Below, one piece after another: positions 62,533 through 64,000 of a DNA stretch of 64,000 nt. The DNA is taken from the NCBI GenBank assembly GCA_964252035.1, contig OZ176201.1, one strand, 5' to 3'. The position numbers and the translations under genes are program-made. Each line of letters begins with the position of its first letter. The stretch's first letter is position 1. Below the pieces are notes generated by a model. It did no database searches, was not told the origin of the DNA, and was given only the letters and a program-made list of their open reading frames with translations. This DNA is from Podarcis erhardii. Taxonomy: Eukaryota.

Positions 62533-64000
62533 TATACTTTGTTTTATTTACTTGCTGTTAGAACAACACACTTTTTCAGTCATAGGCATGCAAAACAGCT
62601 TGCAACATTCATTAAAACTATACAGCCATAATTTTGAAAGCACAAGAGCAAACCTTGGCTGCAACATCTGGTTAGCAAGGAGAGAGCGTAACCAAGGGCC
62701 CGAAATCGGGTTACATGCTAAGCCAAACCGTGGCTTATTTCAGTGTGTTATGGGAGTAAAAAGAAAAATATTGGTGAGGAGAAAAGTGCAAGTGAGCTCC
62801 TTTACAAGTGCCTTTGTGTTTCTGTGATCCTAGAAAGCTATAGTTCGGCTCACTGTGATGTGTGAACAAGGCTAGATAAAGCCTTATGCTTGGTAGGGGA
62901 CAACATTACCCCAGAAGATGGTGGCAACTGAAGCAGCATTTTTCCACTTTAGCCTAATTCCAGGGACAGGTAAATATGGGGGGAAACATTCCTTTAAAAA
63001 TGCCAGGATTGTGTAGGTTTCCAAATGTCACAATCAACACTTTGAATTTGGCCAGGAAACATGCAGAGCTCACCTAGAATTAGTGGCATGGCAGCTCTGT
63101 GATCAGCCCCAGACTAGGTGAGCTGCTACATTTTAAAGCAACAGAAGTCCTAAGGCAGATGCCTACATAGCGCAATACAGTAGTTTGAGCTGAAAGGTTA
63201 CCAAAGCTTACAAGAAAATGGTTACGTCCTTGGATGAAGATCATGGTAATATTCGCAGGTCTCCAAACTATAATTCAAAGGAGGTCCTCAGTACGTGCTC
63301 TAAATAGGTCACCGGAGGTAGGATTGCAATGTACACGCCTGAACTGATGAAAGAACCACGGCTAATGGCTTATTTCAGTCTGTATACATTCATTGCCGAT
63401 ATTCTCATGTAGGACGTTTATGTATCATTTATATTGGCAGTAGAAATAGTCCATGATAGTAAGTCTATGATACTGTATCATACATTTTATGTACGGTAAC
63501 TGTACATACAGAAACCATAATTTTTGTCACCTACAATGGTTAACGCTAGCGACAACTTCCCACCTGTACCTCAAACAAAGGCTGCTCTCCTACGTACACT
63601 TTTTGGGGAGTAATCCCCATCAAACACAGTGGTAAGAAATTCATATACTGACTATATTTGTTATACAAAGTACTATACGCAACAAGCATTCTGTTTATGT
63701 AGTGCTACAATTCCATTTTGGAAAATTTGGGATGAAGTACAAATCGACATGAAGGACCTGTGCTCTATTTCCATGCTGCAGCTAAGGTCTATCCTCTTTA
63801 AACATCAAGGTTAGTGTTTGATCACCATGTGTATCATGCAAGAGACACCAGAACAAAGATGCTCTTATGTTTAAACCCTTTATTTAAATTAACACTTTTC
63901 AGTTTATCGCACTCAATATGCAAGTGACCCTCAAACACATCTGCCCTGTAGCTTGGGAGTCTATGGGAATATCCTTGGGATTCTAACCGTTTCCTGCTGC

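Noticed and set aside
55105-64000. Search for MYOCD exon 1 (MTLLGSEHS-like) and promoter
   Set aside because: No matching peptide or donor and no CpG island; exon 1 is probably beyond the window end.
1-64000. CRISPR arrays, rRNA, tRNA genes or prokaryotic operon features
   Set aside because: None seen; the tRNA-like A/B boxes belong to SINE heads, and GGAGG words near ATGs are expected by chance in vertebrate DNA.

Overview
Vertebrate genomic DNA, most likely a squamate (probably lacertid) lizard, judged from Sauria-type SINEs, CR1 tails, Penelope-type and Tigger/hAT repeats. Two spliced genes converge tail-to-tail. MAP2K4 (MKK4) is on + as coding exons 3-11 (7782-20379) with a 3'UTR to about 22.8 kb. 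MYOCD (myocardin) is on - as 12 coding exons from exon 2 (55104) to the stop (28701), with an inferred 3'UTR to about 24.0 kb. MAP2K4 exons 1-2 and MYOCD exon 1 were not found and appear to lie outside the window. All exons were placed by hand at AG/GT boundaries and splice into open frames. Most six-frame ORFs are intronic noise or antisense shadows. The most interesting observations are: (1) an MRTF-like, apparently intact RPEL2 and spacer in this myocardin; (2) a candidate orthologue of smooth-muscle exon 2a; (3) a candidate 6-nt microexon at the exon-10a position; (4) a TSD-flanked palindromic Penelope-type insertion with a hammerhead ribozyme core; (5) four miR-1/206 seed sites in the MYOCD 3'UTR; (6) a complete 1.6-kb non-autonomous L1-like insertion; (7) the convergent gene arrangement, which differs from human. 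Comparisons with human/mouse sequences are from recall, not from database searches.
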